DNA of 64,000 nucleotides from Octopus vulgaris (Eukaryota), in NCBI GenBank assembly GCA_951406725.2, contig OX597820.1, forward strand, positions 17,794,001 to 17,858,000, in the 5' to 3' direction. A model generated the notes under the pieces. It made no database searches. It was not told where the DNA came from and saw nothing but the letters and a program-made list of their open reading frames with translations. The translations under genes and the position numbers were made by a program. Below, piece after piece: positions 11,867 to 25,207 of the stretch (its first letter is position 1; each line of letters starts with the position of its first letter).

Positions 11867-12039
11867 TATGTTTGACTTTTGCTTTATATTTGTACAAGTT
11901 GGCTCCAAGTCTCACCCAGAGACCTCAAGAGACAACAGGGTTGGAAGTTCATGTTGTTGTTATGCCTAGTGTGCCATATATTTGGGGGGTGGGGATGTTG
12001 TACTAATGAATGTCTAAAAAGAAAAAAAAAAAGGTTTTA

Positions 12040-12070
<31 letters not shown>

Positions 12071-13030
12071 CGAAAATTATGTTTGTTTTAAACCTTGAGA
12101 TTACATAGAGAGTATTTTGCGTAGGATATGAGCAGTTCCCATGAGCACTATCTTTTGAACTTCTGCCATTTTTGGGTTTCCTGGTATCTGAGTTAGGTAG
12201 CTATCAGCCCCTTTTGCTATCATTCCCAGGGCACCTATGACAACAGGTATTGTTTTAGTCTTCAGCTTCCACATTTTGCTGATTTCTATTTCAAGATCTT
12301 TATATTTGCTCAGTTTTTGGTAGGTCTTGACAGATACGTTTATATCGATTGGGACAGTCATATCAATGAGGAGGCATGTTCTTTGTTTGAAGTTTTTCAA
12401 TATGATGTCTGGCCTATTTGCATCTATCTTCCTGTCAGTTTGAATGGTGAAGTTCCAGAGGAGTGAGATGTGGTCATTTTCAAGCACTGGGGTGGTTTGT
12501 GTTCCCACCAGTTTTTTTCATGGGGCAAATCCAGGTTTTTACAGATTACCCAGTGAATATATTGTGCAGCTCTATCGTGCCTGTTGAGATACTCTGTAGG
12601 CGCTAGAAGACTGCACTTGGAGACCACATGGTCAATGGTTTCATTTTGTTGCTTGCATACACGACACGTTGGACTGCTTCTGATCTTTAATATGTTGGCC
12701 TGGTAGTTTCTTGTTGGTAGGCATTGATCTTGAGCTGCTATGATAAACCCCTCTGTTTCAGATTTTAAGCCAGAGGCCATTAGCCATTGATGGGTCAGGG
12801 CTTTGTCGATATCTGCATTATTCGCTCTCTTTGGGTATTTGCCATAGAGAGGTTTTTCTTGCCATTTATTATTCAGAATATCTAAGGCCGCAGTTTTGGC
12901 ACGGGTTTTCATGCGCCTAGCTTTTTCTGTGCTTGTTTCTTGTATATCTATCTCCGAAATTGGTTGTATTCGGAATTCACTTAGATATTCCTTTGCCTGT
13001 TTTGTGACTGAGTATGATGCTTTCTTGTTT

Positions 13031-13033
<3 letters not shown>
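11865..13033 (-). mobile_element. R4/Dong-clade non-LTR retrotransposon, 5'-truncated copy 1
   Basis: ETEGFIIAAQDQ, CCHC knuckle CRVCKQQNETIDHVVSKC, RHD and PD-(D/E)xK restriction-like endonuclease (RPDII...IDMTVP...KLSKY); flanked by (TAA)n; one frameshift near 12490. Confidence 0.92.
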
Positions 13034-13094
<61 letters not shown>

Positions 13095-13096
13095 CA

Positions 13097-14910
13097 TTCT
13101 ATGTTTGACTTTTGCTTTATATTTGTACAAGTTGGCTCCAAGTCTCACCCAGAGACCTCAAGAGACAACAGGGTTGGAAGTTCATGTTGTTGTTATGCCT
13201 AGTGTGCCATATATTTGGGGGGTGGGGATGTTGTACTAATGAATGTCTAAAAATAAAAAAAAAAAAAAAAAAAAAAAAAAGGTTTTTTTTTTTTTTTTTT
13301 TTTTTTTAAACCGAAAATTATGTTTGTTTTAAACCTTGAGATTACATAGAGAGTATTTTGCGTAGGATATGAGCAGTTCCCATGAGCACTATCTTTTGAA
13401 CTTCTGCCATTTTTGGGTTTCCTGGTATCTGAGTTAGGTAGCTATCAGCCCCTTTTGCTATCATTCCCAGGGCACCTATGACAACAGGTATTGTTTTAGT
13501 CTTCAGCTTCCACATTTTGCTGATTTCTATTTCAAGATCTTTATATTTGCTCAGTTTTTGGTAGGTCTTGACAGATACGTTTATATCGATTGGGACAGTC
13601 ATATCAATGAGGAGGCATGTTCTTTGTTTGAAGTTTTTCAATATGATGTCTGGCGTATTTGCATCTATCTTCCTGTCAGTTTGAATGGTGAAGTTCCAGA
13701 GGAGTGAGATGTGGTCATTTTCAAGCACTGGGGGTGGTTTGTGTTCCCACCAGTTTTTTTCATGGGGCAAATCCAGGTTTTTACAGATTACCCAGTGAAT
13801 ATATTGTGCAGCTCTATCGTGCCTGTTGAGATACTCTGTAGGCGCTAGAAGACTGCACTTGGAGACCACATGGTCAATGGTTTCATTTTGTTGCTTGCAT
13901 ACACGACACGTTGGACTGCTTCTGATCTTTAATATGTTGGCCTGGTAGTTTCTTGTTGGTAGGCATTGATCTTGAGCTGCTATGATAAACCCCTCTGTTT
14001 CAGATTTTAAGCCAGAGGCCATTAGCCATTGATGGGTCAGGGCTTTGTCGATATCTGCATTATTCGCTCTCTTTGGGTATTTGCCATAGAGAGGTTTTTC
14101 TTGCCATTTATTATTCAGAATATCTAAGGCCGCAGTTTTGGCACGGGTTTTCATGCGCCTAGCTTTTTCTGTGCTTGTTTCTTGTATATCTATCTCCGAA
14201 ATTGGTTGTATTCGGAATTCACTTAGATATTCCTTTGCCTGTTTTGTGACTGAGTATGATGCTTTCTTGTTTTCATGTTTTGAGACAAGTTTTAGCATCC
14301 AGTCCTCAGAGTTTTTCAGGTAGGTGTCTAGGCCAATTGTAGCAATCTTCATTGTTATTGCCAGTTGCAAAAGACCACGGCCTCCTCTTTTCTTGGCAGA
14401 TAGAGTCGTTCTGTATCTGCCTTAGGGTGGTGCATTCTATGCATTGTCAACAGTTTCCTTATTTTTCTGTCGAGCTGACATATTTCAGTAATTGACCAGT
14501 TAACAATATTGAAACTGTAAGTCACGACTGGTATAGCTAATGCATTGATTGCTTCGATCCTGTTTCTTGCATTCAGCTCTGTCTTGAGTATTGCTCTCAC
14601 TCTTCGATAGCATTCTCTCCTGATCCTTTCCTTCATCTCTGAATGCCTTATTCCGTTCCCTTCAATTATCCCTAGGTACTTGTAGCTCTCCGCTGGGTCT
14701 AGTTCTTTTATGACATTCTGTTGGTCAAGGTTAACGTTAGATGTTTCTGTCATTTTTCCTTTGATAAAGGTAGCCTTTGCACATTTATCGAGGCCGAATT
14801 GCATTCTGATGTCGTCACTGAATTGTTTGACTATCGCTAGTAAGCCCTTGAGTTGTTGATCATTTTTTGCAAAAAGCTTTAAATCATCCATGTAAACGAG
14901 ATGATTTATA
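13097..14910 (-). mobile_element. R4/Dong-clade non-LTR retrotransposon, 5'-truncated copy 2 (RT C-terminal half, CCHC, RLE)
   Basis: INHLVYMDDL at ~14880-14908, FGLDKC, YKYLG; ORFs 14355-14891 and 13342-14370 join through a 1-nt frameshift at the expected RKEGGRGL; flanked by (TAA)n. Confidence 0.95.
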
Positions 14911-15015
<105 letters not shown>

Positions 15016-15758
15016 CGTTATTATTATTATTATTTGTTCTTTCATCCGTCTGAAATCGATAACAGTAGAGTACCAGTCATATTGGTACTGGTTCAATTTT
15101 ATCGACTCCGCCCACTCTCTCCCATCACCATCACCACAAACTGCTAGCCATCTTCACATGTTAGAAAGCATTGTATTTATGATTCTCATTCTCATCACCA
15201 AAACACGGAGATCTTTCTCATTTTCATATTACATGTCCAACCTATATAAAACGTAACCCCCACACCTCTTATCCTTATCTTTCATATTGTATATATATCA
15301 TTACTTCTCTCAATGCAGTTTATTCAAACTTTCTAATCAACACATTCCAGTTGTAACGGATGACAAAATTAACAACTTAAAGTAATTACACAGAACGATT
15401 GACATCACTTCGTTAATTTACGAGATGATTGCAAGATGATATCGTCACTTACTGGGTTGCGGTTATTCGCGTGTTGAAGTGGAGATGTAAAGGGAAAACA
15501 ACTTTTCCTTGGATAGAATCTGCGTTATATGTTATTAATAAGTTACAACTTGAAGTGTTGCACTCGCATGCACATAGGTATATATGCATGCGTGTATGTA
15601 TGTATGTTTCGGTATGCGTATGTATCTATATGTACATACATACTATGCATAGGTGTGTGTGTGTGTGTTACGTTGTATTATGTATTTAGTTTATACATAC
15701 ACAATACACTGCATACTAACATGCATGGACACATACAAGCGAGTGTATATATCCGTAT

Positions 15759-15793
<35 letters not shown>

Positions 15794-15817
15794 ACATTAT
15801 ATATACTATTACTACTA

Positions 15818-16010
15818 TTTTACTTGTTTCAGTCATGCTGGAGCACCGCCTCTTTAGTCGGGCAAATCGACCCCAGGACTTATTCTTTGTAAGCCTAGTA
15901 CTTATTCTATCGGTCTCTTTTGCCGAACCGCTAAGTTACGGGGACGTAAACACACCAGCATTGGTTGTCAAGTAATGTTAGGGGGGACAAACACAGATAC
16001 ACAAACATGT

Positions 16011-16067
<57 letters not shown>

Positions 16068-16221
16068 TACGACGGGCTTCTTTCAGTTTCCATATACTAA
16101 ATCCACTCACAAGGCTTTGGTCGGCCCGAGGCAATAGTAGAAGACACTTGCCCAAAGTGGCACGCAGTAGGACTGAACCCGGAACCATGTGGTTGGTAAG
16201 CAAACTACTTACCACACTGCC
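15818..16221 (-). mobile_element. SINE family A
   Basis: Family A body and tail in reverse complement. Confidence 0.88.
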
Positions 16222-16404
16222 ATATGTATATATAACATTAGATATATATATTACATTGCATGTATATATATTTTACATACACATACACACAGACACACAT
16301 ATATATCGATGCATGTGAGTATGTCAGCAGTATGTGTGTGTATGTTTGTATGCATGCTTGTATGTATGTATATATGTATCAAGGTATGTATGTATGTATG
16401 TATG

Positions 16405-16435
<31 letters not shown>

Positions 16436-16559
16436 GTATGTATGTATGCATGTATGTGTTTGTTTATAAAACCTCGAAACACGTAAATGCGTCAACAAAA
16501 CTGATATATTTTATCTTAATTAATCATCGTTGGTTGTACTGACTTTACTCATAAACGGC

Positions 16560-17936
16560 TGATGCCGTCCAGTCTCGAACCGCTGGTCATCCATGATGAG
16601 CTCCATAGAGCTGGATACCATGGGACAGCCGAAATTGCTAAATCTCTCCTGTCTTCTGTCAAAACTGATTAACGTGATAAGCGATAAAAAAAATGGCGTC
16701 TAGACTATCAGAAGTGATCAATGGCTCAATAGAATAATTTAATGTTCTCTGATGAATCATCATTCATACTATTCCCCATTTCAGGATGAATTTTCGGGAG
16801 ACAACCCAAACAAGCTTCCTTGGACTCTAACTGTTTAGCCCCGTGGTTCTCAACCAGGGTCCATGTAACACCTGAGTGTCCATATAAGATTTTTGGGTGT
16901 CCATGCAACAAAATAGTAAATTGGGGATCCACAATAGTATTTTAAGGGCCCCTGAAATGATTTTGCTTTAGATGTATGTATTGGCATTTATTACAAAGAT
17001 CAGGGTTTTTTTCTTTAACATTTTACATGGTTCAATCTACACAAGTTAATGTGTGAAAAACGAAATAGGAATTTTGAAAGACGTTTCTATAAGACTAGTT
17101 CTTAAACATTGAATGACTATCGGGGTCAACCAGAATAAAACAGTAATCAAAGGGGCCCATAGGTTAAAAATTGTTGAGAATCTGAAGAAATTTTGCTTTA
17201 GATGTATGTCTTGGTATTTTTTGCAAGAAACAGCCAGGTTTCTTTGTCAAACATTTTATGGAGTTCAGCCTTCAAAAGTTAGTGTGTGAAAAACAAAATA
17301 GGAATTTTTAAAGAAGTATCTGTAAAATTTATTTTTAAAGATCGAATGGTTATTTGGGTCCACCAGAATAAAATAGCAATCAAAGAGGCCCATAGATAAA
17401 AAAAATGGTTGAGAACCACTGGTTTAGCCCCTACCTTGAAGCATATAGGTGGCTCTGTGATGATTTGAGCAGTCATATCACAAAATTCTCCTTGGCCATT
17501 CAGTTTTTCTACACGGCAAAGTTAACGCCAAGGATTATCTGAGTATTTTGGTTGATCACGCCCATCCTACAGGACAAACAGTATCCCCGGATGGTTGCAC
17601 AATCTGCCATTCACATACGTAAAGCACAAATATGAAGTCGACCACAAGAGTTATCTTCTCCATAATCATCGGATCTCACTATAATCGAACATTTATAGTA
17701 CGATTGGGAGTAGCAAGTGAGAAGCTGTTTCTCTCCGCTATCGTTATTCAAAGAGCTAAAGCAGGTTTTATTCGAAGAATGACTCAAAATTCCCCTAACA
17801 GCCATTCAAAAGCTGTATTCGTCAATTCCTCAAAGAGTTAAACCTGTGATTGATGGCAAAGGTCCTCTAACTCCATATTAAATAATAAAACTTCCATATT
17901 TGTAAGGATTTTCCATTATTTGTCCAACCCCTTCCG
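16560..17936 (+). pseudogene. Decayed Tc1-family transposase with 3' TIR, split by a hAT MITE
   Basis: Hand translation: ELHRAGYHGTAEIAKSLL..., MFSDESSFILFP...CLA|PTLKHIGGSVMI, DYLSILVDHAHP, SSDLTIIEHL, IQKLYSSIPQRVKPVIDGKGPLTPY* (stop 17879-17881); ends TTCCATTATTTGTCCAACCCC; many stops. Confidence 0.85.
16841..17421. mobile_element. hAT (Charlie-like) MITE with an internal ~225-bp duplication
   Basis: TIRs CCGTGGTTCTCAACC / GGTTGAGAACCACTG; 8-bp TSD GTTTAGCC at 16833-16840 and 17422-17429. Confidence 0.9.
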
Positions 17937-18069
17937 TATATACTACATATATAACATATGACATATAAAATGTATATGTTTGACACCTTATGTGTGTGTG
18001 TGTGTGTGTGTTTGTGTGCTTGAGTGTGTGTCACATCATATATATATACATATATATATACATATACGT

Positions 18070-18373
18070 GGAGGCGCAACGGCCTAGTGGTTAGGGCAGC
18101 GGACTCGCGGTCGCAGGATCGCGGTTTCGATTCCCAGACCGGGCGTTGTGAGTGTTTATTGAGCGAAAACACCTAAAAGCTCCACGAGGCTCCGGCAGGG
18201 GTGGTGATCCCTGCTGTACTCTTTCACCACTCTTTCTCCCACTCTTTCTTCTGTTGGCTTGCTCGCTTAGCCAGCGAGGTGGCGTCATTTGAAGGCTAAA
18301 ACAATGCGAACGCATTGTGACCAGCGATGTGTAACAACATCTGATGGTCTGGTCGGTCCCGTGATCCCGTGAT
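18070..18373 (+). mobile_element. SINE family C (tRNA-Arg-like head), tail type a
   Basis: GGAGGCGCAACGGCCTAGTGGTTAGGGCAGCGGACTCGCGGTCGC...GGTTTCGATTCCCAGACC then TTGTGAGTGTTTATTGAGCGAAAACACCTAAA core. Confidence 0.85.
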
Positions 18374-18651
18374 ATATACATATACAAGCACACAAACACA
18401 CACACACACACACATAATGTGTCATACATATACATTTTATGTCATATGTTTTACATATATATATATATATATATATATATAGGAGCAAAAAACATTCGAA
18501 TGTTTACGTTCGAAATACGATGTTACTATTGTTAATTATTGTTAATCTGTGGCAAATATTTTTAATTGATAATATTGACAGCAGTAACATAGGCGGTTCA
18601 CAGGTTTAATAGCATTATAAACTAAAAATACAAAATATAAAATTAGCACGA

Positions 18652-19027
18652 TGCCTTTGTGCATCCTTAAGGCTCCGTGCTAATTTTATATATAAATATA
18701 TATAATAATATTAGGGAATATAATTCCAAACTTACAGGGAAAAATTCAATTTAGCAATTCTAAATCAAATCTCACAATATATAATATATGTATATAATTA
18801 AGAGAAATAATCTCTATTAAGCAATTCAATAATAAAAGACATTATCTATATTATATAGAAAAAATTTAAATATACTATAATAATTATTATTAAAAAAATC
18901 ACTAATTTAAATAAACATTTAAATGTTTATTAAATTTTTCCCTGTAAGTTTGGAATTATATTCCCTAATATTATTATATATATTTATATATAATATTAGC
19001 ACGAAACCTTAAGGATGCACTACGGCA
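18652..19027. repeat. Long inverted repeat, ~98-bp arms with an AT-rich spacer
   Basis: GTGCATCCTTAAGG...TTCCAAACTTACAGGGAAAAATT mirrored at 18929-19027. Confidence 0.9.
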
Positions 19028-19159
19028 AGCTCGAATCCTCTGTCAATATGCAAGCTCGAATCCTTTGTCAATCGGATTAGGTGAAGAATTTTTTCAAAAT
19101 TCGCTGGACCGATTTGGGCAAGTATTTCGACCCCCTAGGCAATCCAGTTTTGCTGGTCC

Positions 19160-19253
<94 letters not shown>

Positions 19254-19944
19254 TGAGTTTGCAATAATTTACAAAGAAGCAGCAATGTTATATATCACGA
19301 GTATAGTATTACAGCATAATAAAATAACACCCGAGACAATTTAAAATGGCATTATTTCACTTCAGTTTAAATCTTGAATTTTCTTCACGCGTAATAAAAA
19401 CTTCTGTTAAAAACTTTTATGTTATTCTAGAAAACTGCAGAAGTTAAGTCCAAGTAAACTTGTTTTAGTTGGTATACATACACACCCACGCACACACAAA
19501 GGTACACGCGCACACGCGCGCGCGTATATATTCTTTTAATATTTTACTTGATCTTTTTCGTCTGTCTTTACGTTCTGAGTTCAAATTCCGTCGAGGTCGA
19601 CTTTGCTTTTCACCTTTTCGGAGTCGATAAATCAAGTACCAGTTGCGTACAGGGGTCGATCTAATCGACTGGCCCTCTACCCCAAAATTTCGGGCCTTGT
19701 GCCGAGAGTAGAAAACAACATGTTACTTGTTTAGATCATTAGACTGCGGCCATGCTGGAGCGTCGCCTTCAGGAATTTTAGTCGAACTAATCTAACCCAG
19801 TACTTATTTTCTTTTTAAGCCTGTTACTTAATATATCGGTCAATTTTTCCGAAACACGACGTTACAGGGACGTAAACACACCAACACCGGTTGTCAAACG
19901 GTGGTAGAAGATAAACACACACACATTCATATATATATATATAT

Positions 19945-20317
19945 GGCCCAAAATTTTGGGGGAGGAGCCAGTCGATTAGATCGACCCCAGTACGCAAATG
20001 ATGCTTAATTTATTGGCTCCGAAAGGATGAAAGGCAAACTCGGTCTCGGCGGAATTTGAACTCAGAACATAAAGACAAACGAAATACCTATTTCTTTACT
20101 ACCCACAAAGGGCTAAACACAAAGAAGTCAAACAAGGACAGACAAACGGATTAAGTCGATTATATCGACCCCAGTGTGTAACTGATACTTATTTAATTGG
20201 CCCCGAAAGGATGAAAGGCAATGTCGACCTCGGCGGAATTTGAACTCAGAACGTAGCAGCAGACAAAATACCGCTAAGCATTTCGCCCGGATGCTAACGT
20301 TTCTGCCAGCTCACCGC

Positions 20318-20318
<1 letters not shown>
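19945..20318 (-). mobile_element. SINE family B, two nested units
   Basis: Reverse complement of the 6149-6542 architecture (tail-1 unit then tail-2 unit). Confidence 0.85.
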
Positions 20319-20349
<31 letters not shown>

Positions 20350-20382
20350 ATATATATATATATATATATCAATCTATCCATC

Positions 20383-20429
<47 letters not shown>

Positions 20430-20433
<4 letters not shown>

Positions 20434-20625
20434 ATCTCTCGACTATCGCAGGTGTTAGGCCCCTCCCCTCGCGATAGGTGGAAATCCGCGAAATAGAAGC
20501 AGTACTGTGTTGTATTTTCTTTTTATTATTTTTATAATTTGTATATGTTCATTTTATTAAAAATTCAAAAAACACCACGGTAGAATTGACGTAAGCTTAA
20601 ATAATATACTGCGATGGGTGAACTG
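20430..20625. mobile_element. Probable pogo/Tigger-like MITE end
   Basis: TAGTAATCTCTCGACTATCGCAGGTGTTA...CGCGATAGGTGGAAATCCGCGAA resembles pogo-type termini; the other end was not found. Confidence 0.4.
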
Positions 20626-20710
20626 CTTCTTCTTGCTTTGTTATCTAATTAAATTAAAGGCATACCAGCGAAAATCACGACTTTCCCATTGTTATTATAT
20701 CCATTTTCTC

Positions 20711-20767
<57 letters not shown>

Positions 20768-21119
20768 CCTTCGTAACGCGGAGTAGATGAAACAAAGGCG
20801 ACTGAAAAAGGGGAATTTTCCTTGTATTATATGTCCTGTACTCTATTTTTTCGTTGTTTAAGAAAAATGTCTATTTCCTTGGTTTTGTGTTTATGTTTTC
20901 GTTTCTCATTTGTTCGACGTCTTTTTGGTGTCCTGTACCCATATATACATGTAGAGGTAGCTACATACATATATGTATGTATATATTCATATGTTTATCT
21001 TGTTTATTAATTTACATATATATATGTATATATGTATGTATGCGTGTATATATATATGTATATGTATGTATACATGCACACAAATATACATATACATACA
21101 TATATACATATACATATGC

Positions 21120-21191
<72 letters not shown>

Positions 21192-21501
21192 ATGTATGTA
21201 CGTACGTATTTATGTATGTATGTATGTATGTATGTATGTACGTATGTATGTATGTATGTATAATAAAAGTATAAACTAGTAAACAACTGGTATCCGAGTA
21301 GAATATGACATTTATATATTTATCAAGAGAGTTGAGCTGTAACACGAGTATAGATCATAAAACGAAAGGAAGTAATAAAGTCTCCTACGTCTGTTTCAAG
21401 AAATTTATTGCTTCCTTCCTTCCTTCCTTCTTATACTCCATACTCCTGTAACATCTTGACCATCATGTTTAAAGATATACCTTAATGTTCTTTTCTTTAG
21501 T

Positions 21502-21846
21502 GAAAGCGCATTATTCAGTGGTTAGGACGTCGGGCTCACAATCAAGAGGTAGTGTGTTCGATTCCCGGACCGGGCTGCGTGTTGTGTTCTTGAGCAAGAC
21601 ACTTTATTTCACGTTGCTCCAGTTCACTCAGCTGTAGAAATGAGTTGCGATGTCACTGGTGCCAAGCTGTATCGGTCTTTGCCTCTCCCTGGGATAACAT
21701 CGGTGGCGTGCAGAGGGGAGGCTGGTATGAATGGGCAACTGCTCGTCTTCCACAAACAACCATGCCCGGAATAGCCCCTCGGTGGGGAAGGAGCACTTCC
21801 CAGGTACAATCCTATGGTCATTCATGACGGAAGGAGGTCTTTACTT
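21502..21846 (+). mobile_element. SINE family D (tRNA head plus TGTGTTCTTGAGCAAGACACTT core)
   Basis: CAGTGGTTAG...GTTCGATTCCC head; related copies at 29215-29546 and 24470-24661. Confidence 0.8.
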
Positions 21847-22294
21847 TAACGTTCTTTAAAACTACAGAGCGTTATATGAGGAAGATTTGACTGTTATTTC
21901 TAGAAATCTTAGCGATTACATAGCAACATCCTCGACTGGCTCCAACAATTAAAGACAATTTTGTTTAAGTGACGTTTCTGTTTTTTACAATAACGATCTT
22001 AATTTCCTCCCTTCCTATGATGGAAGCTTATACATCACACCACAGCTTCAACGCTCTTTCACGTTCACTCACGCATTTGAGTCCATTCATGGCAAACTCT
22101 GGTTATGTCTGCAGTTGTGGATTCAATCTAATTCGTGCAACTTCTTTCATTGCTTGTCATTATTCAGCCGCCTGACATTGGCCAGGTATGTTTTTTTGGT
22201 ATTTGCTAAGCCGTGCAATTTAATTAACGAGGATGATGATGGTGAAGGGTAGGAGGAGGATATAAAATAACAAGAACAACAACAACAGCAATAA

Positions 22295-22990
<696 letters not shown>

Positions 22991-23112
22991 CGTGGTGGTG
23001 GTCATAGGTGTCATCATCGTCTTTCTCGTCGTCTCATCGTCATCTCATCGTCGTCATCGTTGTCGAGATTTTGTTGGTGGTCGGTAATGGTAGTATGATA
23101 AAGCTTGGTCTC

Positions 23113-23510
23113 TTTTACTTTCTTTTACTTGTTTCAGTCATTTGACTGCGGCCACACTGGAGCACCGCCTTTAGTCGAGTAAATCTACCCCAGGACTTAT
23201 TCTTTGTAAGCTTAGTACTTATGCTATCGGTCTCTTTTGCCGAACCGCTAGGGTTACGGGGATGTAAACACACCAGCATCGGTTGTCAAGCGATGATGGG
23301 CTGACAAACACAGACACACAAACACACACATACACACACACATATATATGCATATACATATATACGACGGGTTTCTTTCAGTTTCCGTCTACCAAATCCA
23401 CTCACAAGGCTTTGGTCGACCCGAGGCTATAGTAGAAGACACTTGCCCAAGGTGCCACGCAGTGGGACTGAACCCAGAACCATGTGATTGGTAAGCAAGC
23501 TACTTCGCCT
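23113..23510 (-). mobile_element. SINE family A
   Basis: Family A in reverse complement. Confidence 0.88.
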
Positions 23511-23632
23511 AATAAAGATACCAAGAAAAAAGCACAAAACACTGCGTTGATTCTACTAAGATACTGACGGGACCAGTAAAAGTTTCTACAAAAGTTATAA
23601 AACAAAGGTCACCATGTATGTGTGTGTGTGCG

Positions 23633-23663
<31 letters not shown>

Positions 23664-23917
23664 TTATATATATATATATATATCTCTATCTCTCTCTCTC
23701 TCTCTGTTATTATATATAAAACTCTGAGTTTATCCATCTCATCTATCTGGCTATTTGAAAACGTTATGAAAAAATATACCGTTAAAAATGAAGGGAAATT
23801 ACTCACTCTCTCTCATTTTTCGTCATAAAAATTATATAAAAATACATAAAAATATATAAAAATATATAAAAATATATAAAATATAGGGGACCAAAAACGT
23901 AACAGAAATATATATAT

Positions 23918-24460
23918 ATATAGTTCTGTCCTTGTATTTAGACATGTGGTAGGGTCTAAGCTGCTTTTCCAGATAAGCCATCTCTCCATGTCGCATAAAC
24001 CGCACCTTCCGCTGCCGTTAGTATAGGGCTTACATCTGGCCAAAATCTTCCATTGTATGTTATAATCGACACCTTTATCTCTTAAAGACCAAATATGATT
24101 GGATAATTGTGTCGCTTTTCTTTTGTTCCAGTGCCTAAAGCTCAAAGTGTGGTTATTGAACCTGGCCTTGAAATTACCCTCTGTCAGGCCCACGTATTTC
24201 TTCGTCGAAACGGTGTCTTTAGTGGTTATAGAGTTTACGGTAGCTTCATATATGATGGTCTTGGACATGCAAGCTCCATTTAGCGGGCACAATTCTTTAT
24301 TCCTGCATGAACAGCTGTTTTCTTCTTGTGTTTTTTGTATGTTATGATTGATTATGTTTTTAAAATTGGTAGTTGAACTAAAACTAATTTTTAAATTGTG
24401 TCTATTGAAGAGTTTCCTATAAGCATGGTTAACTGGAAAATGTCTATCTATCAGTGCTAG
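23918..24460 (-). pseudogene. Penelope-like element C-terminal fragment (linker, Cys cluster and GIY-YIG endonuclease)
   Basis: Open frame LIDRHFPVNHAYRKLFNRHNLKISFS...CSCRNKELCPLNGAC...IIYEATV...YVGLTEGNFKARFNNH...CGLCDME...LNTRTEL; ends in (TA)n. Confidence 0.9.
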
Positions 24461-24469
24461 GAAATATTT

Positions 24470-24661
24470 ACGTCACAGGTGCCAAGCTGTATCGGCCCTT
24501 GCCCTTCCCTTGGACAACATCGGTGACGTGGAGAGTGGAGGCCGGTATGCATGGGCGACTGCTGGTCTTCTCCATAAAAAAACAACCTTGCCCAGACTTG
24601 TGCCTCAGAGGGTAACTCTCTAGGTGCAAACCCATGGTCAGTGTCTGACCGAAGGGGGTCA
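24470..24661 (+). mobile_element. SINE family D, 3' part
   Basis: GTCACAGGTGCCAAGCTGTATCGG...GACCGAAGGGGGTC matches the 3' half of 21502-21846. Confidence 0.75.
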
Positions 24662-24761
24662 NNNNNNNNNNNNNNNNNNNNNNNNNNNNNNNNNNNNNNN
24701 NNNNNNNNNNNNNNNNNNNNNNNNNNNNNNNNNNNNNNNNNNNNNNNNNNNNNNNNNNNNN
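24662..24761. other. Assembly gap (100 N)
   Basis: Run of n. Confidence 1.
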
Positions 24762-25200
24762 AATCCATATTCTGATAATTAGCTTGTAGATCTGGGAACA
24801 CTGCATCTCTGAGATCAGAAGGCGTCTTAACAATGGTACAAATGGAATCGATGGCAATATTACCAGTTTCATCCCCTGGTATTTTGCCTTCGCCAAGTGC
24901 AAGGAGGGTGTGAGGAAATGCTGCTGATGTGATATTACGTCGCATATGAGCACGCATATTGGTGTGAAGTTTGAGAGTTACTTCCCTTTATTTAAAAAAT
25001 ATGCATTAAAATGGAAAAAAATGATGGTAAATTATTTGTAAAATCATAGACTCATCGTAGACGCGCGCTAATACCCAGAAGGGCTCGATATGAATCACGA
25101 CTATAAGATACCCGGTTTTGGTTAAACTGCATTGCAAAATGTGGGAGTAGTTAGGAATCTAAATCGGAGTAGACAGACACACAACCTTTCTTTTATATAT
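24762..25200 (-). mobile_element. Helitron derivative: 5' terminal segment joined to a PIF1-like helicase fragment
   Basis: Minus strand begins ATATATAAAAGAAAGGTTGTGTGTCTGTC (like the Helitron at 35801); 24762-24985 translates LHTNMRAH...FPHTLLALGEGKI...LRDAVFPDL, typical of Helitron RepHel helicase. Confidence 0.7.
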
Positions 25201-25207
25201 AAATATT

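Noticed and set aside
18070-18142. Functional tRNA-Arg gene
   Set aside because: No clean acceptor stem or terminator, and it continues into a SINE body seen in five copies
22114-22190. Possible small plus-strand exon (CAG|...CCAG|GTATGT)
   Set aside because: Weak polypyrimidine tract, no recognisable peptide and no partner exons
24457-24957. ORFs spanning the N gap
   Set aside because: They artificially join a Helitron helicase piece and a SINE D across the gap
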